Origin: Candidatus Micrarchaeota archaeon
GTDB lineage: Archaea; Micrarchaeota; Micrarchaeia; Anstonellales; Bilamarchaeaceae
Reading direction: 5' to 3'
Assembly (NCBI GenBank): GCA_043827025.1
Contig: JBDRPL010000010.1
Span: 18,837-82,836, forward strand
DNA: 64,000 bases
The position numbers and the translations under genes were made by a program. Positions 31,772 to 41,639 of this stretch are shown in pieces; position 1 is the first letter of the stretch; each line of letters starts with the position of its first letter. The notes beneath the pieces are model-generated. The model was given only the letters and a program-made list of their open reading frames with translations, was not told the origin of the DNA and ran no database searches.

Positions 31772-32986
31772 ATGGAATACAATTATTTATCAAAGACTCA
31801 TGGTATAGGCGGAAAGATGAAGCAGAAGCCAGAGGATTTCGTAGTTGAGGAGATAATGCAGGACGGAACTGTATTGGAAATAAACAAGAAAGTTGAAAGA
31901 GCAGGAGAAGAAGGAAAGTTCACCCATTTCGTTCTACAAAAAACAGACTGGTCAACTGCAGGGGCTTTGGAAAGAATTGCAAGAAAGATAAGAACAAGCC
32001 AGAGGAGATTCAATTTTGCAGGCACAAAAGACAAGCAAGCCCTTACCACGCAATTAGTTTCATGCTTCGGCAAATGGCCAAGGGATTTTGAGAATCTGAT
32101 GTTGAAAGACATTGACATTCTCGGAGCATGGGAAGCAAAGGACAAGGTAAGGCTTGGAGAACTTCTGGGAAACAGATTCACAATCAGGGTTGATGGGTGC
32201 AACGAAGATTCGGAATCGGTTGTTGCGAAAATATATTCGGAGCTTGGAGGGAAATTTCCAAACTACTTCGGTGAACAAAGATTCGGAACAACTAGGAAGA
32301 ATACTCATATTATAGGTGAAAAGCTTCTGAGGGGCCAGTTGGAGGATGCCGCGCTTTCTTTCCTATGCGATACTGAAGGAGAGGAACACGAAGCTGCCAG
32401 CAATGCAAGGAAAGAATTATTGGAAACAAGGGATTTCAATATTGCACTGAAAAATTTTCCAAGGCATCTTAGGCTTGAAAGGAGCATGATTGCAAGGCTT
32501 GCCACGGATCCAACTGATTTTGCTAATGCATTCAGGAAATTGCCAAGAAACATATTGCTTCTTTTCGTCCACGCATTCCAAAGCCATCTCTTCAATACAA
32601 TGCTTTCAGAAAGGATTGCAGAAGGAGGACTGGAAAAAGAGGATGGCGAATATTTCTGCGGAGAGGCTCATGGGTTTCCAGATATTGAGCAGAAGCAAGA
32701 GCAGGAGAATAGCATCTGGCTCGTAGGAAGAATCGTTGGCTATGAAACTGTATTGAACAAACGAGAGAAAGAGCTTTTGGAAAGGTTTGGAATGGACCAA
32801 GAGGTTTTCAGGATGAAGACAATGCCTGAGATAAATACAAAAGGCACCTATAGAACACTTATGGCCCCACTGGCTGATTTCAAATTCGCATCAGACATAT
32901 TCAATTTTTCTTTGCCTTCAGGTTGCTATGCAACAACTGCATTGAGGGAATTTCTGGACACTAAGCCTGCTTCGCTAGGTTATTAA
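31772..32986 (+). CDS. truD: tRNA pseudouridine(13) synthase
   Basis: PEDFVVEE, AGTKDKQALTTQ, GNRFTI, PNYFGEQRFG, HAFQSHLFN, FSLPSGCYAT. Confidence 0.96.
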   Translation: MEYNYLSKTHGIGGKMKQKPEDFVVEEIMQDGTVLEINKKVERAGEEGKFTHFVLQKTDWSTAGALERIARKIRTSQRRFNFAGTKDKQALTTQLVSCFGKWPRDFENLMLKDIDILGAWEAKDKVRLGELLGNRFTIRVDGCNEDSESVVAKIYSELGGKFPNYFGEQRFGTTRKNTHIIGEKLLRGQLEDAALSFLCDTEGEEHEAASNARKELLETRDFNIALKNFPRHLRLERSMIARLATDPTDFANAFRKLPRNILLLFVHAFQSHLFNTMLSERIAEGGLEKEDGEYFCGEAHGFPDIEQKQEQENSIWLVGRIVGYETVLNKREKELLERFGMDQEVFRMKTMPEINTKGTYRTLMAPLADFKFASDIFNFSLPSGCYATTALREFLDTKPASLGY

Positions 32987-33009
32987 ATTGTTGTGATACG
33001 TATATTCTT

Positions 33010-33780
33010 ATGCATATACTCCCTGCCAAGCAACCATTCAAACCAAAAGCCCCTATGCATACTTCTTTTTCTTGTTGCCAGTCCAACCCATTTAATTCCG
33101 GGTGCATGCGGGTTCCAGACAGTCCTTTGATTCCCCAGGTATCTCGGGAGTATCTTGCCCAGCATCCATGGTTGACAAGGGAAAGGGTTCATGGCAGGTG
33201 GTGTTCAGAGGATTCTGTTCGACATGCGGTTCGATGGTTTGTTGAGCAACACCGGCTGCCTCTTGGCCATACTTTGAAAGTAGTCACTGAGCAGATGTTG
33301 CCTTCAGAACTAAGGAGTTGCCAATACAGGGCTTGCGGATTATATGGGCTGTTTATACATACCCTGGATGGAAGCAATTACCAAGCGATGTTGTTTGCAG
33401 GTTATGATCTTGAGCCAGGTGTCAGATCTCCACTTGAATTGAATGCTTTGAATAGGTTTGGAAGGGAAAGCGGTTTGAAGTACATCGAATCCCACCCTTG
33501 GATCATGAACCGTATGCTGTTTTGGAATGAATCTCTTGCAGTCTCGGCTATGAAATGGCTGGCAGACCAATTGGCTCTTGCAGAAGACGATTCTGCTCGG
33601 GTAGCTGTCGGCCGGCAGAAAAGCCCGTCCAGCATAGACAGATTCGATCTTAGAAACAATCTGCTTTCCCACCTTCTTACGGTTTACGGTTCTGCAACCG
33701 ACTCTTTAGCCCTGATTGGAGTGTCCAAATATTATAATCCGGCTCTTAATCTTGGGACGTATGCCATGCAAAGAGTTTAA
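33010..33780 (+). CDS. Hypothetical protein with two internal HPW..W..A..W repeats
   Basis: YLAQHPWL...W...HAVRWFVEQ and YIESHPWI...FW...SAMKWLADQ. Confidence 0.55.
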   Translation: MHILPAKQPFKPKAPMHTSFSCCQSNPFNSGCMRVPDSPLIPQVSREYLAQHPWLTRERVHGRWCSEDSVRHAVRWFVEQHRLPLGHTLKVVTEQMLPSELRSCQYRACGLYGLFIHTLDGSNYQAMLFAGYDLEPGVRSPLELNALNRFGRESGLKYIESHPWIMNRMLFWNESLAVSAMKWLADQLALAEDDSARVAVGRQKSPSSIDRFDLRNNLLSHLLTVYGSATDSLALIGVSKYYNPALNLGTYAMQRV

Positions 33781-33804
33781 ACCGAAATCCTCGAATTGTT
33801 ATCC

Positions 33805-34878
33805 ATGGAAGAAGAAAATATAGGATTCAATACATCTGATAAGATATTCTACAATCCTGCTATGAAGTTCTGCAGGTCATTCTTTTCACTTGCTGTTGGG
33901 GCGATAGATGAGAAGCTGGATTTGCTTGACGCCTTTTCCGCAACAGGCATTAGGGGCATAAGATACAAGAAGGAGAACAAGAATGTCAAATCCATTGCCT
34001 TCCTTGATTACAGCAAGAATGCTGTGAAGCTAATCAAGCAAAATATCAAGAAGAGCAAAATCAAGGGAAAGGTTCACAATGATGAGTTCGGCAGTTTTCT
34101 TGTGTGCAACCGCAAGGAAATGGACTTCAATTTCATAGAGATTGATCCGTTTGGAACTCCTGTCCCATATCTTTTTGATGCAGTTCGTGCATTATCAAAG
34201 CAAAAGAGGTCCTATCTTTCAGTGACTGCGACAGACATGGCGGTATTATGCGGTTCGGAAAAAAGAGCATGCATGCGCAACTACCATGCAAAATCATTGA
34301 ACAATGAATTCACCCACGAGAATGGGCTGCGAATAGTTATGAAGCGAATTATTGATTCAGCATCAGAATTCAATCTTGGCATTACCCCACTAGTTTCATT
34401 GTCTCATCGCCACTACATAAAAATACTTGTAAAGCTCGAAAGGAATGCTGAGAAATCAAATGAGAATATGGCGCAGATTGGATACATAAATTATTGTCCG
34501 AAATGCCTTAATCGAAATGCAGGTGAATACGAGAAAACATGTCCCATATGCGGAGCTGTTTTCGATCATGCAGGTCCATTATGGCTTGGAAGGCTGTTCG
34601 ATTCTGTTTTCCTAAAAACAATGAAGAAAAACAACGAGTCAAGGCTTTATTCTGATAGAAAAGAAATAGGCAAGGTCCTTGATCTGATGATTGGAGAAGC
34701 AGACATGCTTCCGTACTATTATGACCTCCATGTGCTGTCCAAGAAGCTTGGCCATAAAGCCATCCCACGTACAGAAGATGTGCTTAAGAGGATTGAAGGG
34801 GTGAGAACACATTTTAATGTGCTTGGGTTCAAGACAAAAAAATCTTTCAAGGAGCTTGTGGAATTGCTTAATGATTAA
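33805..34878 (+). CDS. trm1: tRNA (guanine26-N2)-dimethyltransferase
   Basis: FYNPAM, DAFSATGIRGIRY, IDPFGTP, VTATD, HENGLR, GPLWLG. Confidence 0.95.
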   Translation: MEEENIGFNTSDKIFYNPAMKFCRSFFSLAVGAIDEKLDLLDAFSATGIRGIRYKKENKNVKSIAFLDYSKNAVKLIKQNIKKSKIKGKVHNDEFGSFLVCNRKEMDFNFIEIDPFGTPVPYLFDAVRALSKQKRSYLSVTATDMAVLCGSEKRACMRNYHAKSLNNEFTHENGLRIVMKRIIDSASEFNLGITPLVSLSHRHYIKILVKLERNAEKSNENMAQIGYINYCPKCLNRNAGEYEKTCPICGAVFDHAGPLWLGRLFDSVFLKTMKKNNESRLYSDRKEIGKVLDLMIGEADMLPYYYDLHVLSKKLGHKAIPRTEDVLKRIEGVRTHFNVLGFKTKKSFKELVELLND

Positions 34879-35027
34879 TGTTGTTAATCTGGAAATATAT
34901 TTTCGAAATTGCTGATTTTTCTTCATGGGATTTCTTCCAGGAAATCTTTAGAGAAGCTTTATATTTTTAACCTTCGATATTTATCTGTTCTTTTTTATCT
35001 TGTAAGACAGCTATTTTGGTGGAAGAG

Positions 35028-35681
35028 ATGGACTTAGAAGTAATACCGGCAATTCTAGTCAAAAGCAGAGAGGAGCTTGTCCGTCGCATCGAGCTTGTAA
35101 AACCCTACGTGAGGACTGTTCAAATAGATGTCATGGATGGCAAATTTGTTCGAAATACTACTGTCACTGATTTTTCCGACCTTCCCAGGAAGGTGAACTA
35201 CGAATTCCACTGGATGGTTGAAAACCCGGGAGATTACATTCGTGAAGTTCCTGGAAAGCATATGCACATGGTTCATATCGAAACAGTCAGTGACTGGAAG
35301 GAAATGGAAAAGGTCAATGAGCAGGCGGGCGGAAAGCTTGGACTTGCCTTTAATCCAGAAACACAGCTTGCAAGAGTGACTCCATATTTGGACAAAGTTT
35401 CCAGATTCCTGGTGATGACTGTGAATCCTGGATTCGATAAACAGAAATATCTTCCGGAGATGGAAGAGAAGATGCATGCCCTAAGGAAGCTGGATCCAAC
35501 AATTGATATAGAAGTTGATGGCGGGATAAATCTCGAGACAATCGGAAGGGCAGCTTCTGCAGGGGCGAACAAGTTTGATGTTGCAAGCGCGATTTTCGGA
35601 TCAGGCAATATAGGAAAAACAATCAAGGATTTGGAAGCTATTGCAAAGAAATGCAGCGATGAGGCGTTTAAGGATGTTTGA
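35028..35681 (+). CDS. rpe: Ribulose-phosphate 3-epimerase
   Basis: IDVMDGKFV, HWMV, NPET, MTVNPGF, EVDGGI. Confidence 0.95.
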   Translation: MDLEVIPAILVKSREELVRRIELVKPYVRTVQIDVMDGKFVRNTTVTDFSDLPRKVNYEFHWMVENPGDYIREVPGKHMHMVHIETVSDWKEMEKVNEQAGGKLGLAFNPETQLARVTPYLDKVSRFLVMTVNPGFDKQKYLPEMEEKMHALRKLDPTIDIEVDGGINLETIGRAASAGANKFDVASAIFGSGNIGKTIKDLEAIAKKCSDEAFKDV

Positions 35682-36525
35682 AAAAGTTACAAGTTCAAGG
35701 GAATTGAGTTTGATTGCAAATTCATTGCGCCGGCACATAATCGAGATGCTTGTCGAAGCGAAGTCTGGGCATCCTGGTGGCCCGCTTGGGCTTGCTGATA
35801 TTTATGCAGTTCTCTATTTTCACAACCTGAGATTCGACCCTAAGGATCCAAATTGGGAGGATCGGGATCGTGTCATTTTATCAAATGGCCATGTGTGCCC
35901 TGTGCTTTATGCAACCTTGGCAGAAGCAGGCTTCTTTCCAGTTTCTGAACTCAAGTCTCTAAGGAAACTCGGTTCAAGGCTTCAAGGGCATCCTCACAGA
36001 GGCCAGTTGCCTGGCATTGAAAATTCATCAGGTCCTTTGGGACAGGGATTATCGCAGGCTGTTGGTATGGCCCTTGTTGCACAGCGGGAGAAAAAGCCAT
36101 GGAGAGTATATGCAATGCTTTCTGATGGCGAACATAATGAAGGCCAGACTTGGGAAGCCATAATGCTTGCAAATAAATATTCACTTGGCAACCTTACTGT
36201 GATAATTGACAGGAACTTTATCCAGATAGATGGCAAGACTGAGGAAGTTCTTCCAATGGAGCCTTTTGCAGACAAATATCGTTCATTCGGCTGGCATGTG
36301 ATTGAAGTTGATGGCCACAATATTTCTGAACTCAAAAGAGCAGTTGATGCCTCGGCAAACATAGCAAAACCAACTGTGATACTCGCAAGAACAATTCCAG
36401 GCAAAGGGGTTTCATTTATGGAGCATAGGTATCAATGGCACGGGAAAGCTCCTAATGCGGACGAAGCCAAGCAGGCGCTTGCAGAGCTAAATGAAGAGAA
36501 AAAAAGATTCGAATCCATGCTATGA
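35674..36525 (+). CDS. Transketolase, N-terminal subunit
   Basis: SGHPGG, LSNGH, LQGHP, GPLGQG, SDGEHNEGQTWEA, GKGVSFME, WHG. Confidence 0.95.
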   Translation: MFEKVTSSRELSLIANSLRRHIIEMLVEAKSGHPGGPLGLADIYAVLYFHNLRFDPKDPNWEDRDRVILSNGHVCPVLYATLAEAGFFPVSELKSLRKLGSRLQGHPHRGQLPGIENSSGPLGQGLSQAVGMALVAQREKKPWRVYAMLSDGEHNEGQTWEAIMLANKYSLGNLTVIIDRNFIQIDGKTEEVLPMEPFADKYRSFGWHVIEVDGHNISELKRAVDASANIAKPTVILARTIPGKGVSFMEHRYQWHGKAPNADEAKQALAELNEEKKRFESML

Positions 36526-36534
36526 GGTTTTATT

Positions 36535-37518
36535 ATGACAACTACCAATTCAATGCATTTAATTGAAAATCTTCTTGAGCCAAAGGTTTCAGTGAGAATA
36601 AGCGAAGGCTTTGGTAAGGGGCTTGTTGAGCTTGGCGAGAAGGATCCGAATGTCTGGGGCCTTAGTGCTGATGTCACTGAATCAACAAGAATGCATTATT
36701 TTGCTGAAAAATTCCCTGAGCGTTTTGTACAGGTTGGGGTTGCAGAGCAGAACATGGCAGGGGTTGCAGCAGGAATCGCTGCCTGCGGAAAAACCGCGTT
36801 CATTTCTGCATACGGAGTTTTCTCTCCAGGAAGGAATTGGGATCAGATAAGGGTTTCAATTTGCTACAATGATGTTCCAGTAATAATTCATGCCTCTCAT
36901 ACAGGCGTAACAGTTGGTCCTGACGGTGCGAGCCATCAGGCGCTTGAGGATGTTGCGTCAGTAAGACCAATTCCTAATCTGATAATAGAAGCGCCATGTG
37001 ATATGGAACAGGCAAAGAAAGCTGTTTTCGCTCTTGCAAAGACAAAGAAGCCGGGATATCTTCGAACTTCTAGAGAAACTGCACCTGTTTTCACAACTGA
37101 CAAGACGCCTTTTGTTATTGGAAAGGCAAATGTCTATCGTGATGGAAAGGACATTGCGATATTCGCATGCGGAATGGTTGTCTATGAATCATTGAAGGCT
37201 GCAATGCAATTGGAAAAGGAAGGTATCTCATGTGCAGTGATTGATATGCATACAATCAAGCCTATAGATGAAGACTGCATTTTGAAATATGCAAAAAAGT
37301 GCAAGGTGTTGATGAGCGTCGAGGACCATCAGGTCATCGGTGGATTGGGAGGTGCGATTTCAGAAGTGCTCTGCGAGAATTCACCAGCATTGCTCCATCG
37401 CCACGGAATCTACAACCGATTCTGCGAATCCGGTGGCGGAAAGGAACTGATGCACAAATATGAGCTGGATGCTGAAGGTATAGTGAAGCAGGCTAAGAAG
37501 GCATTGAAGATGAAATGA
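36535..37518 (+). CDS. Transketolase, C-terminal subunit
   Basis: GVAEQNM, GPDGASHQ, TIKPID, EDHQVIGGLG. Confidence 0.95.
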   Translation: MTTTNSMHLIENLLEPKVSVRISEGFGKGLVELGEKDPNVWGLSADVTESTRMHYFAEKFPERFVQVGVAEQNMAGVAAGIAACGKTAFISAYGVFSPGRNWDQIRVSICYNDVPVIIHASHTGVTVGPDGASHQALEDVASVRPIPNLIIEAPCDMEQAKKAVFALAKTKKPGYLRTSRETAPVFTTDKTPFVIGKANVYRDGKDIAIFACGMVVYESLKAAMQLEKEGISCAVIDMHTIKPIDEDCILKYAKKCKVLMSVEDHQVIGGLGGAISEVLCENSPALLHRHGIYNRFCESGGGKELMHKYELDAEGIVKQAKKALKMK

Positions 37519-37838
37519 ATGCACAAAATCGGGGCCATCATATGAAATATTCTATCAGGGAAGTATTATCTGCTTTATCAGATTTCAATAATTGGACTAG
37601 GCTGTATCCGGCATATTCCGAAGCAGAGCGTAAGAAAAACCCTTCGCCTCCATTGCATTATAATATCCCCAATATAAAAGTGATCGAAATGGTTTCAACA
37701 TATGCCGACGAATCCACAAATTCAAAAGACCTCAGTTCCCTTTTGGAAGCTCTTGAAAAAATAAATCGTGAAGGAAGCGACGTTTCTCCCTTAATCAATA
37801 AAGTGTCTGTCAAACTAAAAAATTTGGTGAAAAAATGA
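37515..37838 (+). CDS. Hypothetical protein inside the pentose phosphate operon
   Basis: 107-aa ORF with ATGA overlaps at both ends. Confidence 0.5.
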   Translation: MNAQNRGHHMKYSIREVLSALSDFNNWTRLYPAYSEAERKKNPSPPLHYNIPNIKVIEMVSTYADESTNSKDLSSLLEALEKINREGSDVSPLINKVSVKLKNLVKK

Positions 37839-38488
37839 AATTCTTTCTAGACACTGGAAATATCCAGCAGATAAAGGAAGCTGTTGAGCTTGGAATGTGC
37901 GATGGAGTTACTACAAACCCTTCATTGATTGCGAAAGAGGGAAGAGATCATAAGCAAGTGATTCAGGAAATATGCAAGCTTTTGGGAAACAAGCCTGTTT
38001 CTGTTGAAGGCATTGGCGACACTGCGGAACAGATGGTGAAGGACGCAGAAGAGTTCGTTGCCTGGGGCAAGGGGGTTGTTGTAAAGATTCCAATGACAAA
38101 AGAAGGATTGAAAGCGGTTCGTATCCTGTCACAGAAAGGGATCAAGACAAATGTCACATTGGTTTTCAGTCCAGCGCAGGCTTTGCTAATTGCAAAAGCA
38201 GGTGCAACCTACGTCTCTCCATTTGTTGGTAGATTGGATGACATTGGCCAAAATGGAATGAATGTGATTTCAGATATAATGGAAGTCTACAAAGCATATG
38301 GATACAAGACTGAAGTCATAGTCGCGTCAATCCGCTCAGTTGACCATGTGGTTGAGGCGGCAAAGCTTGGCGCACATATTGCAACCATTCCAGCAAAAGT
38401 GATGGACCTGATGTGGAAGCATGAACTTACAGATAAGGGAATAGAGATATTCAATAATGACTGGAAGAAAAGTCATGAGAAGAAATAA
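37835..38488 (+). CDS. tal: Transaldolase (short TalC/FSA family)
   Basis: [39 protein letters not shown]. Confidence 0.93.
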   Translation: MKFFLDTGNIQQIKEAVELGMCDGVTTNPSLIAKEGRDHKQVIQEICKLLGNKPVSVEGIGDTAEQMVKDAEEFVAWGKGVVVKIPMTKEGLKAVRILSQKGIKTNVTLVFSPAQALLIAKAGATYVSPFVGRLDDIGQNGMNVISDIMEVYKAYGYKTEVIVASIRSVDHVVEAAKLGAHIATIPAKVMDLMWKHELTDKGIEIFNNDWKKSHEKK

Positions 38489-38494
38489 ATAATT

Positions 38495-39412
38495 TCATTT
38501 TTCTCTGGAGTAGTATTCTATCAGTCTTTCAATTCCCTCTTCCAATCCTATTTTGTATTTGAATCCTAATTCTCTTTCTGCTTTTGAAGTGTCCGCCAAA
38601 GTATCCTGGACATAGTTCTTTATCGGATTTTCGATGTATTTTGCCTCAATATTCTTGTTCATCTTTTGATTAAGTAGTTTTATCATTTCCTTTATGGTGA
38701 TGCTTTTTCCAGTTCCTGCGTTGTATATTCCGAACTCGATGTCTGATTTGATTGCAAGCATATTTGCTTCAACAATGTCATCAACATAAGTGAAATCCCT
38801 TGTCTGCGAGCCATCGCCATAAACAACAGGCTGCGCGTTGTTCTGCAAGTCCCACATGAACTGGCTTATCAGGTTGGCATATTGCTTCTTGGATTTTTCA
38901 TGAGGTCCGTAGACGCTGAAATACCTAAGGCCGATTGACTTGACTCCGTAAAGTATGTGGTATAATTGCGCGAGCCTTTCCATTTCATATCTTCCTTCTG
39001 TGTAAAAATCAGTTATCTTCACTTCCATATCTTCACGGTGCGGAGGTTTCTGCCCACTGTATACTGAAGAAGTTGCTGCCCAGACTATCCTTGCTTTGTT
39101 TTCCTTTGCATATTCAAGAATTTTTATGAATTCTTCAATCACTTTTGCAGTGAGCAATGGGTCTTTCTTATACATAGGGGTCGAGGAGTAGGTGCCGTTA
39201 TGCACTATCACATCGAATCTTTCATTAGTGTGTTTTTGGAAATCTCCTGCGTTGCATTGTATGATTTTTATTTTTCCTTCGATATTTTTTAGGTTTTCCT
39301 TGTTGCCGGTGTGCAGATTGTCAGCTACAGTCACCTCATGACCTTCTTTTACCAGTCTTTCAGTTATGTTTGACCCTATGAATCCTGCTCCGCCTGTTAC
39401 AAGTATTTTCAT
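38495..39412 (-). CDS. NAD-dependent nucleotide-sugar epimerase/dehydratase
   Basis: TGGAGFIGS, LRYFSVYGP, GDGSQTRDFTYVDD; YxxxR in place of YxxxK. Confidence 0.9.
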   Translation of the reverse strand: MKILVTGGAGFIGSNITERLVKEGHEVTVADNLHTGNKENLKNIEGKIKIIQCNAGDFQKHTNERFDVIVHNGTYSSTPMYKKDPLLTAKVIEEFIKILEYAKENKARIVWAATSSVYSGQKPPHREDMEVKITDFYTEGRYEMERLAQLYHILYGVKSIGLRYFSVYGPHEKSKKQYANLISQFMWDLQNNAQPVVYGDGSQTRDFTYVDDIVEANMLAIKSDIEFGIYNAGTGKSITIKEMIKLLNQKMNKNIEAKYIENPIKNYVQDTLADTSKAERELGFKYKIGLEEGIERLIEYYSREK

Positions 39413-39635
39413 TTTATCATCCCAACAAGGTTTTATTTTATTCCCATATTCTTTTATACATTTTGCATGTTTTAGGTTTTCTGTGCGTATTTCAGTTCTT
39501 TTTATATTTTACTCCCATAAACATGCACAAACACTTTTAAACTTAACTTAACAAATTCAATAACCATGACTTCCTTTAAGGAAATCGGAATAGGAAGTTT
39601 CTTTTCAGTCAGTTCTACTTATTCAAGTGTGAGTC

Positions 39636-41639
39636 GTGGTGTTTATGAAACTTAAAAGAATGGATAGTATTAGGAGTGTTAGGGAGGTCAGCGTCCAACA
39701 CAGAGGAGGTTTTTTAGCTGCATGTACTGCATTTGCTACGATCATTGCATCATCTTTCATTCCGAGTTTGGCGCATGCAGGGTCTGATTGCGCAGCTTTG
39801 CAGCAAAACTGCATTGATGCTGACAGCTCAAATGCAAAACAATGCAGGACATTTGCAAAACGTTGCGGTATATGGTCAATAGACCAGAAATCCAAGGCTG
39901 CATTAGTTCTTGAGAATGACATTGCCACCTCTTTATCACAGATTAGTGCAGGCACTCCTACTGAGGATGTTACTGCTGTTTTTCAGGAATTCCAGAGCTT
40001 GCGTGCTACTGCAGAAAAATCTATGGGCAAGCTTGGAAAAAAGCCAAAACCAAAAAACATTGCTGCAGTTACCAATGCCTTTGATAAGGTATTGGCAAAA
40101 GGCCAGGAAGCAAAGGAGAAAGTAGATTCCCTTGATCAAAAATCACAAGTTCCAGAACTTACTGCACAAAGGCTGATAGACAATAGGGCAATATGCCGTT
40201 CCATGCTTTCTGATTTTAAGGAAAGGTTGGATAAGGTAGGGGAAATGGCTGCAAAACAAAAAAAGAAAATTGATTTTGCAGATGCGAATCTCTATTATAA
40301 AAGAATGAAAAAATCCTATGACCTTGCTCTTAAGACTGAGCACGTTCTGCTTGAAAACAATTCAGAGGTGACTAATGCGCAAAATCCTCCTGGGATTTTG
40401 ACTCTGGCAGATCTAACTGGAATTGCAGATGACTATACTCAAGCAGTTGCTTCTGGAAGAAAACTTGAAGTTGCCTTAGCTGGTTTTGAAGCGACCCTTT
40501 TTCCAAAGCCTAAAGACTCTGGACAACTAGTGCAATCAGTACAACCCACTGCCCTCCCATCTGAATTGCTAGAAATGGAAGGTATGCAATGGGCAGGTTC
40601 GCAGGTTCTAGGTGCAGATTGGGCATTTGTTACTGCAGTTCGTGGAATCCGATTCAATTTCACTCCTGATTCTGCGGAATATGCTGATGCTCAAGGCGCA
40701 GAAAATCTTACGCTTGACACATCTCCTGCTAAATATGCTACAACTTCTGTGACTGGGCTGTTGAAGCTCAGCGAAATGTTTTATGCTTCATTGGGATATG
40801 GATATATTCATGCTGGAGTGAGTTCTCCGTTCGTGGAGCTTGATCCTGAGAATCCTCTCCAGGCAAGCCCGAAATTTGCAATATTTAAAACGACAGAGCA
40901 CAGGTTCCTTTTAGGGCCCGGACTTCTTTTTAATCTTGGAGATAATCCTCTTCTTTTGGTTCCGAAGTTTGGGTATTCTATGTCTTCAAGCCAAGTCCAA
41001 ACCTCTTCATTGCAAGGGGTTGATGCAACAAAGGTCGATTCAACGGCTGATGGAGGGTCATCATCTGGCCTTGTAGCCGAGTTTCATGCTTCTTTCTTGA
41101 TGAAACGTATGTTGGCTTCTCTTGATTTGAGCAACAATCCTAGTACATTGGCATCTTTTTCCTTGCATTTGGGCTTGCCTAATTTCACTACAAGCGACAT
41201 GCGGTTAAGCCTAGATGGACAATTTGGAACTGTTTTGAGTGCTTCTGAACCAACACGTGTTGGCGATTCTGTAACTTATAAGTCTGATACTCGTTCATTC
41301 CAAAGAATTGGAATGAATCTATTGCTGCCACTTTTGGATCTCTCCGGAGGATCATATACTCTTGCATTGGATCTTGGCGGAAGCGCGCTTGCAGTGGATG
41401 GAGAATCAACTTCATTTGCAGGAAGCGCAGGGGTTGCATTCAAAATATCGGATGCATTCTTTATTTCGGTTTCCTATGATTCCTCGAATGCAATATTTGC
41501 ATGCGTAAACGGGCGCGTAGAAGGAAATGGTGCATTCACCAATGTTGATTGGCGCCTTTCAATTCCATCTGATATTAATAATCTTGTTGGTTCAGGCCGC
41601 ACTAGTTTCGGCAGAGCTATGTCTGAGGTGAAAAAATGA
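39636..41639 (+). CDS. Secreted hypothetical protein: helical N-half, beta-strand-rich (barrel-like) C-half
   Basis: Basic leader, hydrophobic stretch ending AHA; alternating strands such as YASLGYGYI, PKFGYSM, AEFHASF, LALDLGGS, AGSAGVAF, FISVSYD. Confidence 0.5.
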   Translation: MVFMKLKRMDSIRSVREVSVQHRGGFLAACTAFATIIASSFIPSLAHAGSDCAALQQNCIDADSSNAKQCRTFAKRCGIWSIDQKSKAALVLENDIATSLSQISAGTPTEDVTAVFQEFQSLRATAEKSMGKLGKKPKPKNIAAVTNAFDKVLAKGQEAKEKVDSLDQKSQVPELTAQRLIDNRAICRSMLSDFKERLDKVGEMAAKQKKKIDFADANLYYKRMKKSYDLALKTEHVLLENNSEVTNAQNPPGILTLADLTGIADDYTQAVASGRKLEVALAGFEATLFPKPKDSGQLVQSVQPTALPSELLEMEGMQWAGSQVLGADWAFVTAVRGIRFNFTPDSAEYADAQGAENLTLDTSPAKYATTSVTGLLKLSEMFYASLGYGYIHAGVSSPFVELDPENPLQASPKFAIFKTTEHRFLLGPGLLFNLGDNPLLLVPKFGYSMSSSQVQTSSLQGVDATKVDSTADGGSSSGLVAEFHASFLMKRMLASLDLSNNPSTLASFSLHLGLPNFTTSDMRLSLDGQFGTVLSASEPTRVGDSVTYKSDTRSFQRIGMNLLLPLLDLSGGSYTLALDLGGSALAVDGESTSFAGSAGVAFKISDAFFISVSYDSSNAIFACVNGRVEGNGAFTNVDWRLSIPSDINNLVGSGRTSFGRAMSEVKK

